The notes below the pieces were generated by a model, which saw only the letters and a program-made list of their open reading frames with translations, was not told the DNA's origin and did not search any database. Position numbers and translations under genes: made by a program. Positions 43,236-54,751 of a stretch of 64,000 bases of DNA are shown here, in pieces. This stretch comes from Chlamydiales bacterium. GTDB lineage: Bacteria > Chlamydiota > Chlamydiia > Chlamydiales > JAAZZY01. The stretch covers positions 143,730 to 207,729 of the forward strand of contig CBDBKM010000005.1 of assembly GCA_965206695.1 (NCBI GenBank), given 5' to 3'. Each line of letters opens with the position of its first letter. Position 1 is the first letter of the stretch.

Positions 43236-44951
43236 TTAGGTTGAGATAAATGATCCGTCAGAGCCGGCATCGAGTACACCTAGAGAAGCAAGAAAATCAT
43301 ACTTATGACTTTCAAAACCTAAAGCTTTGCAACGCATCTTATCATCTTCAAATCCACCGGAATCAGTATTTTTTAAAAACCCTTGAGCTTCTAAACATGC
43401 ATGCCATTCATCAGCTATTGTTTTCGGAAGTTCGGGTTGAAACCCCTCACCTACAAAATGCTCACGAAGCTTAAATCTTTCTGCCATTTCTAAAAGAGCT
43501 TTTCTTCTCTTAAGTCCTTCACTTAGTTCTTTTAAGCCCGGAAGATCGTCTGTTAATTGTTGCTTGGTCAAATAAAGACCGCCACTTTCCAACGCTGTAG
43601 ATTCAAGAGAGTCATGGCGATCATTTGAGCCTTGATCCGCCAGTTCTTCAAGGGCAATTCTATACTGTTCATATTGTTCTTCAATTTTTGCTATATTTTG
43701 CTCTATCATTTCAATTGGTTGTGATAGTTCATTAAACATAGCGATTAGACCTATTTTATCGTCAATATCGTTAATCTCACCGAATAGCTTCTTTACTTCC
43801 GCCATAGCTACATCTATTTCTTGCTTCTTATCAGCTATCTGAACCGCATTGCTCTCCAATTCCTTATAGGCTGTATCCAGATCTCGCTTCTTAGCTTCTT
43901 GCTGATCTGTTGTATTGGCAGCATTGCCCTTATTTATAGTTTCCAAATCCTTTAATAAAACCGAGCTCTGTTCTGTTAAACTAACCTGTTTTTTCTGTAA
44001 CATTACCAATGCAGGTGTAAGAGTCTTTTCCGATTGTTTTTGGAGTTCTACACTCTGTGTATGTCTACGGTTTCTCTCGTGTTGCAAATCTCCGAGAGAT
44101 TGGTCTCGTTCGTCAGGTTCCATCGTAAATAAGTGTTTATAAGAAGGAGATAGCGCTTCGTACTTATTAGAGAGTTTCTTCTTGTAATCTGCAAATTTCC
44201 TCAAAAATAAATCTGAGACAGCATAAAATTGTTTGTTGGAAGACCCTTTAGGATAACCTGTGAACGCCGCAGTATGAAATCCTGAAATATCGGGCTTAAA
44301 CTTAGACTGAAATTCTCTCGATTGTAAAATCGTTGGCAACTGTGGAGCCACAGAATATTCCTGTGCTACTAAAGGTTGATCTAATTCAAAAGTATCAGTT
44401 TCAGAGTATCTCGAGAAATACTTAACCGGATCAGAAGAACTTTCAGACGGTGGAGGAATGATGACCACTTCTGCTCGCTTAATTTTTGAGTTTGCTTCCA
44501 GTAATGGTTTGAAAACATCTATAATATGCTTCCCTACCATCTCCCATTGCTCCTTAACTAAGCCTGCGGCTAAATGTATACTTGCATTCCTTTCCGGGTT
44601 AAATTTCATCATATCAGTTACCTGATAGGTATCTATTACTACCGTCCTTTGACTATCACGGTCATACCTTATACTTGTTTTTATAATAGTATGATTTACC
44701 GGATCGAATGTATATGTAGAAGGATCTGCTTCCCTTAAAGTTCTTTTTAAAGAATGGATTTGTCCCTGAAAAGCTCTATTCGTATTATATACGCTTGGTT
44801 TTGTATTCGGGTCAATAGGAGACGACGAACCTTGTATCGGTGTATCGGAATGATTAGTAACCGTTGGTAATGGTGTTGCCATAAACATATCCCGTATAAA
44901 ATTAATATTCGCTCTTAAAAAAGAAAAAGCTATTATATAGTTTAAAACCAT
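43236..44951 (-). CDS. Hypothetical coiled-coil protein (candidate effector); real start probably MATPLP
   Basis: Long heptad-rich central region; motif blocks shared with the neighbour. Confidence 0.7.
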   Translation of the reverse strand: MVLNYIIAFSFLRANINFIRDMFMATPLPTVTNHSDTPIQGSSSPIDPNTKPSVYNTNRAFQGQIHSLKRTLREADPSTYTFDPVNHTIIKTSIRYDRDSQRTVVIDTYQVTDMMKFNPERNASIHLAAGLVKEQWEMVGKHIIDVFKPLLEANSKIKRAEVVIIPPPSESSSDPVKYFSRYSETDTFELDQPLVAQEYSVAPQLPTILQSREFQSKFKPDISGFHTAAFTGYPKGSSNKQFYAVSDLFLRKFADYKKKLSNKYEALSPSYKHLFTMEPDERDQSLGDLQHERNRRHTQSVELQKQSEKTLTPALVMLQKKQVSLTEQSSVLLKDLETINKGNAANTTDQQEAKKRDLDTAYKELESNAVQIADKKQEIDVAMAEVKKLFGEINDIDDKIGLIAMFNELSQPIEMIEQNIAKIEEQYEQYRIALEELADQGSNDRHDSLESTALESGGLYLTKQQLTDDLPGLKELSEGLKRRKALLEMAERFKLREHFVGEGFQPELPKTIADEWHACLEAQGFLKNTDSGGFEDDKMRCKALGFESHKYDFLASLGVLDAGSDGSFIST

Positions 44952-45201
44952 TATAACATATTTTTTTATTTAATTTTAATAAAAAAAATTAATTAACTAA
45001 TTAATCAACTAAAAAACATCAAGCTATTTATTATTAGATATTTATAAAATTAAGAACACGGTTTTTCTTTTTTAATTTTATTTTCAAATATTCACTTGAT
45101 TCCTAAGAGATTGATATATTAATGTGCCGTTGAAGAAAAAATCTAAACAATTAAATATAAATTACTTAATACTAGTTGTTTAGGTTAATAGCAGAGTTGT
45201 A

Positions 45202-47154
45202 TTGCAAGGAAATAGCGTGAAAAACTCAAGAAAAACATCCTTTTTATCCTTTAGACGGATAGTTGGTTTGAGTTGGGTGATAGCTTTAAGCCTTTCACCT
45301 CTTTATGCTAAAAATAACGAAAAAAAAGGCAATATTCAGATAGAATATGAGGTCGCATTTAAAGGCGTAGAAGATAAAAATTTGGTTAAAGATCTTAAGC
45401 AAACCTCAGATTTAGAAAATTTTAAGGATAAAAGCCCTATATCGGTAGCTGCTTTAAAGCACCGCGCCGAAGCAGACAATACTCTTCTTTTAGAAGCTAT
45501 GCATGCCTATGGCTATTATGAAGCATGTATTAATACCTCTATCTCATTTCTTCGGCATATGAATGCTCATCCTGTATCTTTTGCTTATAACGCACATCCT
45601 ATTTCTAAATACGGCCACTCTAAAGACACTATCATCATCAACAAGTATAAAGTTTTAATCGATCTAAAACCGGGGCCCGATTATATCCTATCAACTTTCA
45701 AAATTGTCCCTAAAGAAGAAACTGTTCATGATAACTTCGGTAAATTATTTGACTTTGATACTTTCGATTTAAACAAGCTTGGTATTCATCCGGGTGCTCC
45801 GATAAACTATCGCTCTGTTGCCGATGCAAAAGAAAATCTTATCAAAAAAATGCGAAATAAGGGGTTTCCTTTAGCTCGTATTACCAATCAAGAAATCCTT
45901 GTCGATCAAGCTAAAAAAAGTGTCTATGTCACATTAGATGTGACAAGCGGGCCCCAAGCCCGTTTTGGAAACGTTGTTATCACCGGATTAAAAAATGTCA
46001 GTGAAAAATATGCTCAAAACCGAGTCTCCTGGAAAAAAGGAGAATTATATAGGCCTAAAGAATTAGACATCACTCAAAAATCCTTTTTTGATAGTGGACT
46101 TTTTACAACAGTTAGTATTACCCCGGGTTCTCACGTTGATACCAACGGTTATATCACCATGTATATCACTGTAACAGAAGGGAAGCATCATACTATAACA
46201 TTAGGAGGGACTTACCATTTAACTTGGGAAGGCGTTGGGGGCATTGTAGGCTTTAAAGATCGTAACCTCGGACACTCAGGAATCACTTTTGATATCAACA
46301 GCTCTATAAATCAAAAAAAACAAGTCGGTAAACTTCTATTTCAGGTTCCGGATGTTTTAATACCGAATCAAAATTTTTTTGTTATGGGTTCTCTAATGCG
46401 TAACAGAGCACCTAACTATTTGGAAAAAAACCTCGATGCCAGAGCTTTTATAGAACGACATTTCAATCGCTACATTTCTATGTCCATCGGATTGAAATTT
46501 GATTTAATGCAAACGGGAAAAACAGATGCTAACGAACATTATACCTTGCTAGGCTCTCCTTTTCATTTCAATTTTCAAACTTCTGATAGTTTGCTGTTAC
46601 GTAACCCTTACAAGGGAGGGTGGGTAAACATTAAAGTGATTCCGTATATGAGTCTAACTAAATCCGAACCACAGTTTATTAAAGGAAAAATTGCCGGAGC
46701 CACCTATTTTCCCCTTTGGCCAAATAGACGGTTAATATTAGCTCAATCAGCTCTTTTTGCCTCTCTTATGGGAGAAACCAGAATTAATATCCCTGCCCCT
46801 TATCGTTTCTATGCCGGTAATGAACAACATTTAAGAGGATACCCCTACCAAGCGGTAAGTCCTTTAGATGATTTAGATCGACCCATCGGAGGAAAGTCGA
46901 CTTTTTTATATAGTTTGGAAATTAGAATGCTTGTGAAGAAGGATTTTGAAATGGTAGGTTTTTTAGATATTGGTAATGTATGGGCAACTTCTTGGCCTGA
47001 TTGGGATAATGCTATGTTAAAATCAATGGGTTTTGGTTTACGTTATTTTACATTTATAGGCCCTTTAAGAGTCGATATAGGTTACCCGATGAATAAACGA
47101 CCTAATATAAAAAAATCTTATCAAGTCTACTTTAGTATCGGCCAACCGTTTTAA
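45202..47154 (+). CDS. tamA: Omp85/TamA-family outer membrane protein
   Basis: Signal peptide, POTRA-like regions, RFYAG...LRGY, GFGLRY..IGPLRVDIG, C-terminal SIGQPF. Confidence 0.85.
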   Translation: MQGNSVKNSRKTSFLSFRRIVGLSWVIALSLSPLYAKNNEKKGNIQIEYEVAFKGVEDKNLVKDLKQTSDLENFKDKSPISVAALKHRAEADNTLLLEAMHAYGYYEACINTSISFLRHMNAHPVSFAYNAHPISKYGHSKDTIIINKYKVLIDLKPGPDYILSTFKIVPKEETVHDNFGKLFDFDTFDLNKLGIHPGAPINYRSVADAKENLIKKMRNKGFPLARITNQEILVDQAKKSVYVTLDVTSGPQARFGNVVITGLKNVSEKYAQNRVSWKKGELYRPKELDITQKSFFDSGLFTTVSITPGSHVDTNGYITMYITVTEGKHHTITLGGTYHLTWEGVGGIVGFKDRNLGHSGITFDINSSINQKKQVGKLLFQVPDVLIPNQNFFVMGSLMRNRAPNYLEKNLDARAFIERHFNRYISMSIGLKFDLMQTGKTDANEHYTLLGSPFHFNFQTSDSLLLRNPYKGGWVNIKVIPYMSLTKSEPQFIKGKIAGATYFPLWPNRRLILAQSALFASLMGETRINIPAPYRFYAGNEQHLRGYPYQAVSPLDDLDRPIGGKSTFLYSLEIRMLVKKDFEMVGFLDIGNVWATSWPDWDNAMLKSMGFGLRYFTFIGPLRVDIGYPMNKRPNIKKSYQVYFSIGQPF

Positions 47155-47168
47155 ATGGATTGTTTTAA

Positions 47169-50100
47169 ATGAAAAGAAAATGCCTTAAAATAATTAAAAA
47201 TAGTGCCTACACTATTATTGTCGTTATCGCCTTTGCTTTCATTTTATTACAGACATCGCCCGTAAAAAACCTCCTTCTTAAAATAGCAATTGATAAAGTC
47301 AATCAATCCGGTGAATATCAGATTAAGACATCCGGTGCTTTAGGTTTTTTACCCTTTACCTTGTCGGTAGAAAAAGTTGAACTCTATCAAAACGATACGC
47401 TACTTATAACGGCAGATTCTATCACTATTCATTGGTCTCCTATTAGATTTGTAATAGAACGTTCGTTATTTACAAATATAGATTGTAAAAATCTTACCGT
47501 TCTTGCCCTACCTACTTCTAAAAATAACGTTTTAGAATCTCTTGAATGGCCAACAACGCCTTTTCCTTTTCTTACTATTAACATGAATTGTAAGAACTTA
47601 GTTTTAACATCCAATATAACCAAAACAAAGGAACTCCCTTTTGACAGTTCATTTGATCTTAGTATGTATGGGCGTATCGGTAACTTCGCAATAGATGGGC
47701 ATTTAAGAAGTAATGTATTTAAAGGATCCATTGCCTCTTGTCATATTAGAGGCAATCGTCGTAATCAACTCGTCAGAGTTGAATTGATAGCCGAGGATGA
47801 CTATCAAGGGCTAATCAATTACTGTTATGATTTACCGGAAATACCTAAATTCCATTTAAGAGCAAATGCCATAGCTCCTTTTGATCAGTGGCAACGCTTC
47901 ATCACCGAGACATCGAATACAGGAGAAGAAATTCTCGGATCCCTCTATATTGAAGGTTTTAATGAAAGCTTAGCACCTGAATCTATATTATGCGCTTTAT
48001 TTAGTTCAGAAAACTGGACCGCTAACTCAGAGTTTTCCTATTCGCTTTTCGATACACTCAGCTTAAGCAAAATGGAAATTAATAGTTGTAATTTCCGGGC
48101 AATGGCCTCTTTTGAATTCAATAAAAATTTTATAATTCAAGATAGTCACATCTCAGGAAATATTTCTGATCTATATGCCATAGCCGACTTTATTGAATTA
48201 CCGGTAGAAGGTCCCTTACATTTTGATGCGAGTCTTAAAGGTAATCTCTTCAACCCTGAGAGTAGCGTTCATTGTACCAGCGACGCACTGTATTTATTTG
48301 ATTATCGAATTAGTGATTTTAAATGGTTTGTCAACACGTATCAAGATATGGCATTTCATGGAAATATCGACATCAATGGCTATATAGAAAGTAACCCTTT
48401 TTCAATTCAAACGCCCTTTTCTGTTGAAAAAGAAAACATCCATTTCAATCCGATTGATCTCAAATTGCAATCTTTAACTTTAATAGGTCATATAAGTGTT
48501 TTACTCAATCAAGGCTATTTAGCAGGCAGCGTTGACATTCAAGCCCCTCAGCTCTCTTCTTTTGCCTATCTTATAGGTCATGAAGTCGATGGCTCAATGC
48601 AAGCAAAAGCTGATTTGGATTATGTCATAAGAGATGGCGCATATAAACAAAGGTTGTCATTTAACGGCACTTTTCAGCACTTTAAACTTAATGATATTAA
48701 AGCTGAAAAACTGTTTTCAAAAGCCCATCTCACAACTAATTTCTCAGACTTTAGAAATCAGTTGAAAGGCAAAGTTGACATGGATGGAGAAAACATTGTT
48801 AAAGAAGAGCTCAAACTGTCTATTTTGAGAACCAAAACGTACATTCGAGATAAACAATATTTTTTCGATCTCAATAGTGAAGGGTCATATAAAGAATACT
48901 TTTCTTTACATACTATCGGGATATGGCGTCCATTACAACAAGGTTGGCATCTTAAACTTGACCGAATAAGAGCCCATGCTTTGGATGAATACATCACTTT
49001 GAATTTCCCCATGTCTATAACCTATCATGATAAACGTATCAGCTTTAAAGACATTGATTTATCAATAGGATCAGGTTCATTATATGTCACAGGGTTTCCT
49101 TTAATCGATTCTTCTGAATTTAGAGCAACAGTTAAAGATTTTCCCTTACCTTTAATCAATCTCTTTTATCCCGAGTTCCCTATGGTAGGTTCTATAAACT
49201 TAACCGCTGTTTTAGATAATACCGATAAGATTCCATCCGGAACCTTGGACATGACATTGGAAAATGTGAAACTAATGGACATTTCCGAAAAAGCAAGCAG
49301 CCTTAATGGATCGGTTGAAGCTAGGTTAAAGAATGAATCTCTATTTGTTCTCACGCGTATTACGGATCAAGAAGAACAATATTTAAAATTGGATCTGGAT
49401 CTTCCTATAATATTATCCGTTCCAACATTTAAGGCACAACTTAAGCCTCACGAACCCCTCTTTTTAAAGATGCATTATGAAGGGGATATTAATCCCGCCT
49501 GGCAATTCCTTCTTCCTCAAAATCATCTTCTAAGAGGTGATATTCAAATGGATTTGGATATATCAGGTACCCGGGATCATCCTGATGCTAAAGGAAGCTT
49601 TTCTTTAACGGATGGTACCTATGAAAATATTTATAGTGGACTTGTATTACGCGAGCTAAACTTAAACCTTAAAGGTAACCAAGAAGAGCTGGTATTAGAA
49701 TCTCTTAATGCAACCGATGGTGAAAAAGGTAGAATTTGCGCAACAGGAAATATTTTATTAACTCCACAAAGGCATTTTCCTTATCTATTAGAGGGATACT
49801 TATCAAAGGCTAAACTGCTTCAACTAGGTTATGTCAGCAGTATATTTGACGGCACTGTAGCCATTTCAGGAAACTTTAAGAAATCCTCTATTTCAGGAGA
49901 TTTAACAGTTATAGAAGCTGATGTAAATATTCCCGGCCAAATACCCAACCCTCTTCCAAAATTAAAGGTTAAATATATTAATCCACTGCCTCAAACCGAC
50001 TGCTCCAAATTTGAAGAACCTAAAGGGATCACTTTCCCGATATATTTTAATATCAACCTCGATATCCCGGGTCATGCATTTTTACGAGGAAAAGGACTCG

Positions 50101-50747
50101 ATAGTATTTGGAAAGGAAAGATATCTCTTAAAGGTACCGATATGGATCCTTTTATTAAAGGGATGTTACAACTTGTCAGCGGACAATTTTTTTTCTCAGG
50201 AAAGACGATGACTCTTACAGAGGGTTCGGTTACATTTAACGGAAGCCCTACAAAAGATACCTATATCAATTTGAGTGCTGAGATAAATCTAAGTAATCTA
50301 AGAGTAATTGCCATATTAAATGGACCTTTGGAATCTCCCGGCCTGAACTTTAGATCTGATCCACCCCATGATCAAAGTGAAATCCTATCTCTTTTACTCT
50401 TTGATAAAAATGTTGATGAATTATCCCCTTTCCAAGCCCTAGCCCTTGCCCGGACTGTCGCCGCCTTATCCGGTACCTACCAAGGGCCTGATGTTATTGA
50501 AAAGCTTAGAATAGGAATAAAACTCGACCGGTTAAGTTTTGGAGTAGCCGACAATGACATGCAAAAAATTAATATACAATTAGGAAAATATATTACTCGA
50601 AATGTCTTAGTCACCGTAAGCCAAGGATTAACCTATCTATCTAATACAGAGGTAACAGCTCATTTTGTCTATGGTTTTCAATTGCAGGCAAAAATCGGAT
50701 ATGCTATCCTTTCCGAATTACTTCTATTGTGGAAGTACAATTATTAA
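47169..50747 (+). CDS. tamB: TamB/DUF490-family protein
   Basis: N-terminal anchor, beta-rich body, C-terminal G.L..P...SDPP...EILSLLLF and LGKYIT; directly follows tamA. Confidence 0.85.
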   Translation: MKRKCLKIIKNSAYTIIVVIAFAFILLQTSPVKNLLLKIAIDKVNQSGEYQIKTSGALGFLPFTLSVEKVELYQNDTLLITADSITIHWSPIRFVIERSLFTNIDCKNLTVLALPTSKNNVLESLEWPTTPFPFLTINMNCKNLVLTSNITKTKELPFDSSFDLSMYGRIGNFAIDGHLRSNVFKGSIASCHIRGNRRNQLVRVELIAEDDYQGLINYCYDLPEIPKFHLRANAIAPFDQWQRFITETSNTGEEILGSLYIEGFNESLAPESILCALFSSENWTANSEFSYSLFDTLSLSKMEINSCNFRAMASFEFNKNFIIQDSHISGNISDLYAIADFIELPVEGPLHFDASLKGNLFNPESSVHCTSDALYLFDYRISDFKWFVNTYQDMAFHGNIDINGYIESNPFSIQTPFSVEKENIHFNPIDLKLQSLTLIGHISVLLNQGYLAGSVDIQAPQLSSFAYLIGHEVDGSMQAKADLDYVIRDGAYKQRLSFNGTFQHFKLNDIKAEKLFSKAHLTTNFSDFRNQLKGKVDMDGENIVKEELKLSILRTKTYIRDKQYFFDLNSEGSYKEYFSLHTIGIWRPLQQGWHLKLDRIRAHALDEYITLNFPMSITYHDKRISFKDIDLSIGSGSLYVTGFPLIDSSEFRATVKDFPLPLINLFYPEFPMVGSINLTAVLDNTDKIPSGTLDMTLENVKLMDISEKASSLNGSVEARLKNESLFVLTRITDQEEQYLKLDLDLPIILSVPTFKAQLKPHEPLFLKMHYEGDINPAWQFLLPQNHLLRGDIQMDLDISGTRDHPDAKGSFSLTDGTYENIYSGLVLRELNLNLKGNQEELVLESLNATDGEKGRICATGNILLTPQRHFPYLLEGYLSKAKLLQLGYVSSIFDGTVAISGNFKKSSISGDLTVIEADVNIPGQIPNPLPKLKVKYINPLPQTDCSKFEEPKGITFPIYFNINLDIPGHAFLRGKGLDSIWKGKISLKGTDMDPFIKGMLQLVSGQFFFSGKTMTLTEGSVTFNGSPTKDTYINLSAEINLSNLRVIAILNGPLESPGLNFRSDPPHDQSEILSLLLFDKNVDELSPFQALALARTVAALSGTYQGPDVIEKLRIGIKLDRLSFGVADNDMQKINIQLGKYITRNVLVTVSQGLTYLSNTEVTAHFVYGFQLQAKIGYAILSELLLLWKYNY

Positions 50748-50767
50748 AACTAACAAACTTTTTTTAA

Positions 50768-51196
50768 ATGACTGAAATATCCGGAGCTCAACTCTTTGCT
50801 CCTTTAAAGGTCAATATACATCAAGTCCAACAAGACCGGGATGCGATCAAAATATGTAAAAAGGCAGTAGAGATTCTTAATCTCCTACAGAACGCTGTTA
50901 AAGAAGATCTCAGTATCCGGGCTCGATTCGATACGGAGAACAAGGCAAAGACCTGTCTTTTACAAAAAGCAATTGAGCAACAATTAGTCAGAGCTATAGA
51001 CCCCGATCAACTAGAGGGTGATCAACTGATTGCTTTTTTAGAAGAAATTGGAGAAAAAACACTTTCTCATTCTAAGAAGTTGGAATTGAATCAACAATCC
51101 TTATCAGAACATAGGCAAGCTCTTTTCAAATACTATGAAGCACTTTTAGAGATGATCTCTAAGCTTAACAGTATTATTGAAAAGAACTTAAGATAA
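50768..51196 (+). CDS. Hypothetical helical protein
   Basis: 142-aa ORF co-oriented after tamB. Confidence 0.6.
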   Translation: MTEISGAQLFAPLKVNIHQVQQDRDAIKICKKAVEILNLLQNAVKEDLSIRARFDTENKAKTCLLQKAIEQQLVRAIDPDQLEGDQLIAFLEEIGEKTLSHSKKLELNQQSLSEHRQALFKYYEALLEMISKLNSIIEKNLR

Positions 51197-51268
51197 CATT
51201 GCCTTGCTTAAACTTTGCCACCTAAATATCGCAATATTCAAGCCCTGTTATCTTTCGATGAATGTTAA

Positions 51269-51412
51269 TTGACAGCTCCCAACCCTAAAGAGAAGAGATC
51301 TCTTATTCAACGACCATTGCTAATAAGTGTTAGTCTAGCATGGATCTCCAAAGACTTAAATTACCGACTGCCTTTCGCTACTGAAAGGCACATAAAAAAT
51401 TATAAACTTGAT
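51269..51412 (-). mobile_element. Orphan IS605 right end/omegaRNA module fused to an IS630 type C end fragment
   Basis: TTGACAGCTCCCAACCCTAAAG...TTACCGACTGCC then TTCGCTACTGA; related to 57691-57850. Confidence 0.75.
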
Positions 51413-51444
51413 AATATTCTTTAAAACTCATTGATTGTCTAAAC

Positions 51445-51787
51445 TTATTTTTCATTTATTTTGATAAGTTTTATAATAAGCAGGTTTTTTACTGCGGTTA
51501 ATAAATGATGTGCTCGATCACTGAAATCTGTAGAACCGAAAACAGATTGAGCGAGATTAGTGCAACGTCCATAAATTCCACTATCATCACCTTCCCAAAC
51601 CTGTTGTAAATATTGATATCGTTCCGCTAGAGTATTGGTTCCAAAGAGGCCTTGTGTACCCGATTTAAGAGTTTTATACCCCATAATTGGGGTTAAAATA
51701 GCACCGGCCCCCAACATCAATTGGTTGTTAAGGGTATTACCCGGATTCGGATATTCGGACTTATAGAAATGAGCTGATTGTGATATT
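51445..51787 (-). pseudogene. Hypothetical gene fragment between two IS605 right ends
   Basis: ORF start lies inside the IS end. Confidence 0.4.
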
Positions 51788-54388
51788 TTGACAGCTCCCA
51801 ACCCTAAAGGGAAGGGATTCCTAATTCATCGACCACTGCTAACAAACAAGCTAGTCTAACATGATCTCCAAAGGCTTAAATTACCGACTGCCCTGCGGTA
51901 TCGATATTAATAGATGCATTAAGATCTCTATCGTGTGTTACTTTGCAGTTTGGACACTGCCGACTTCTCACACTTAAATCTAAAATTTCTATTTGGTACC
52001 GGCAGGCAGAGCATAGTTTTGAACCGGCAAAAAATTGATCTAATTCCACTATATTTCTTCCGTACCATTCACACTTATACTTTAAAAATGTTAAAAACCG
52101 GCTCCATCCTGCATCCGATATATGCTTGGAAAGTTTTTTATTTTTTAACATCTTATTAATATTTAACCCTTCTATCGTGATCGTTTGGTTTTCACGAGCC
52201 AACTTTGTAGAAAGTTTATGATGAAAGTCCTGCCTTATATTTTTTATCTTCGAATGTATCGAAGCCACCGATCTTCTTTTTTTGAGTCTGTTTTTACCTT
52301 TGACTTTAGCTTTGCTAAGAGAACGTTGTTTTCTTTTTAGTCTTTTCTTATGAAATCTAAAAGGTTTAGGTGCCGTAATCTTTTTCCCTGTAGAAAGAGT
52401 TGCGAATGTCGTTAATCCTAAATCTATACCGACAGAATTATTTCTCTTCTCAAAAGGGATCACTTCTTCTTCTACTAATAGGCTCACAAAATACCTGTCA
52501 CAAGAGTCTTTTGTGATTGTTATACCTGTTGGTGTACCTAAAAAACACCTTGACCAATGTATTTTTAATCTATCTTTAGATTTTGCAATCTTAAGATTAA
52601 CCCCATCCCAACTAAATGCTGACTTAGTTAATCGTATTGCCTGCGTACTGTGTTTGTTTTTAAAGCGAGGGAAATTTGACCTTTTTTTAAAAAAGTTTAA
52701 AAAAGCTCTATCAAGATCTCTAAGACTTTGTTGCAGACAAACAGAAGAAACTTCGTTTAACCAAAGAAACTCTTTGTTTTGCTTAAGACTTGTCAAGAAT
52801 GCCGATGTTTTAGAATAACTTACATTCTCTTTGTATTCCTGATATTTCTTGATCTTAAAATTTAAAGCTTGATTATAGTCATTTAATTTTACATTGATAA
52901 GATTGCTTGATCAATGGCGAATTTAAAATTCGTAACTTTTCGTAATATCTCTCTAACTTTATTTTTCATATTAGCCCAATATTTTTCTATAGGATTTAAG
53001 TCCGGAGAATAGGGAGGAAGAAACATAAGCTTACAACCGGCAGATTCTACTGTTTTCCTGCTTTCCGCTGACTTGTGAAAACCGGCATTGTCAAGAATAA
53101 GAACACTACCGGGTGTAAGCTGAGGAGTCAAAACTTCCTTAAGCCAAATATTGAATAACCCGGTATTACAAGTACCTTCAAAACACATTGGAGATAAAAA
53201 CTGCCCTTTAGATAGGGCTGAAATAATATTTTGCCTTATAAAGCGGTTTCCTGAAACCGCTCCAAAAACTTTTTTGCCGCGTAAGCTTCTTCCGGACTCA
53301 CGAAATAAAAATTGATGAATCCCGGTTTCATCGAGATAAATTCTCTTGTCAAAGGGAATATTTTTTAAATCTTTCATAAAAGCTTCCCGTTTCTTTTCAT
53401 CTCTTTCCTTATAGCGAGTAGTTTTTTTTTTCGTGTAATTTTTAATCTTTTAAGGGCATAAAAAATCGTTTGCGGAGTGACTGAAAAATAATCAGCAATT
53501 TCCGATAAAAAATAATCCGGATGTTTTTCTACATATTTAGATAACAACTCATCATCTAATTTCTTATAAGCATATTTTCTGCGGATTGGCTTTAAATGTC
53601 CTTTTTGCTTTTTTTGCAAGATCCATCGATATATTGTTGCGATACCTACTTGAAAAATATGGCCGGCTGTTTTTTTATCATGATGTTTTTCTATATGTTG
53701 TCATACTTTCTCTCGAAGATCTACTGAATAGGCTCTAGGCATTGTTTTGTCCTTACTGTTTGTATAAAAAAAGAAGGATAACATATTATCAAATAAAAAT
53801 TAAAATACTATATATACAACTCTAGAACATCCAAAGCTTTTTGTAAGCAACTCCTTTTGTTTTTTCGTTGGATAGAATCTGAATTTACATGCTTTTTTGA
53901 TCATCATGTATTGCATTATATGTCCGGTACATATATATTGTCTATCCGGAAAGATGGAAAACCTCTAAAACAGCAGTTTTTAACCTTAGTTACCATGTTA
54001 TTTGGTGTCCTAAATATAGGAGAAAGGTTCTTGAAGGTGATATTGTTGTTCGTTTAAAGGAATTATTAGAATTAAAAGCTCTACAACTAAATATAGAGAT
54101 TCACGAACTGAATATTATGCCTGATCACGTACATATTTTTTTAAATACCAAGCCTATATATTCGCCACAATTTTTCATAGGACAACTTAAGGGATATACA
54201 AGCCGAATATTAAGGCAAGAATTTTCAAGCTTAAGATCCGGGTTACCCACACTGTGGACACGGTCTTATTATGTTGATAGTGTTGGAAAATTAAATGAAT
54301 ATACAATCAGAAAGTATATACGGAATCAAAAAAACAAATAGACACTTTCATCCCACCCTTAAAAAGGTGGTTTTCTCGTTTAATTGTC
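51788..54388 (-). mobile_element. IS200/IS605 element copy 2; tnpB (51876-53916) split by IS630, tnpA about 53937-54341 on plus strand
   Basis: Near-identical to copy 1; ends GTCAA and TTAT|GACAATTAAACGAG. Confidence 0.92.
52876..53810 (-). mobile_element. IS630 type A inside tnpB, early TGA allele
   Basis: Same ends, TA duplication. Confidence 0.95.
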
Positions 54389-54751
54389 ATAAAATTCAGT
54401 TCATATTAACAAATAATATAACTAAATAAGTGAATTTATTACAATATAAAACAGTGTTTAAATAGTTTTTTTAATTTAGGGTATTATTCTCTTTTGTTGG
54501 GAGAAAAAAACGGTTACATAAATGCACAAAGGAATTATACCAATCCCATAAAATAAATTCATAGATATTATTTGATAAATGTGTGAAAGAAAATCTTGTT
54601 TTAACTACCAAATCCTTTTTTTCTAAGCCCATCTCTCTAAAAAAACCTTATTAATCAGATTTTCCGTTATTATCTATTTTACACAACTTTCATGAATTAA
54701 AATAGATATGCATTATAGGTATTGGCGTTATTTTAAGTGATTTTAATACAG

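Noticed and set aside
51369..51390. Perfect hairpin TGCCTTTC-GCTACT-GAAAGGCA as a dedicated RNA element
   Set aside because: It spans the junction of two IS fragments and is absent from the sister copy at 57790.
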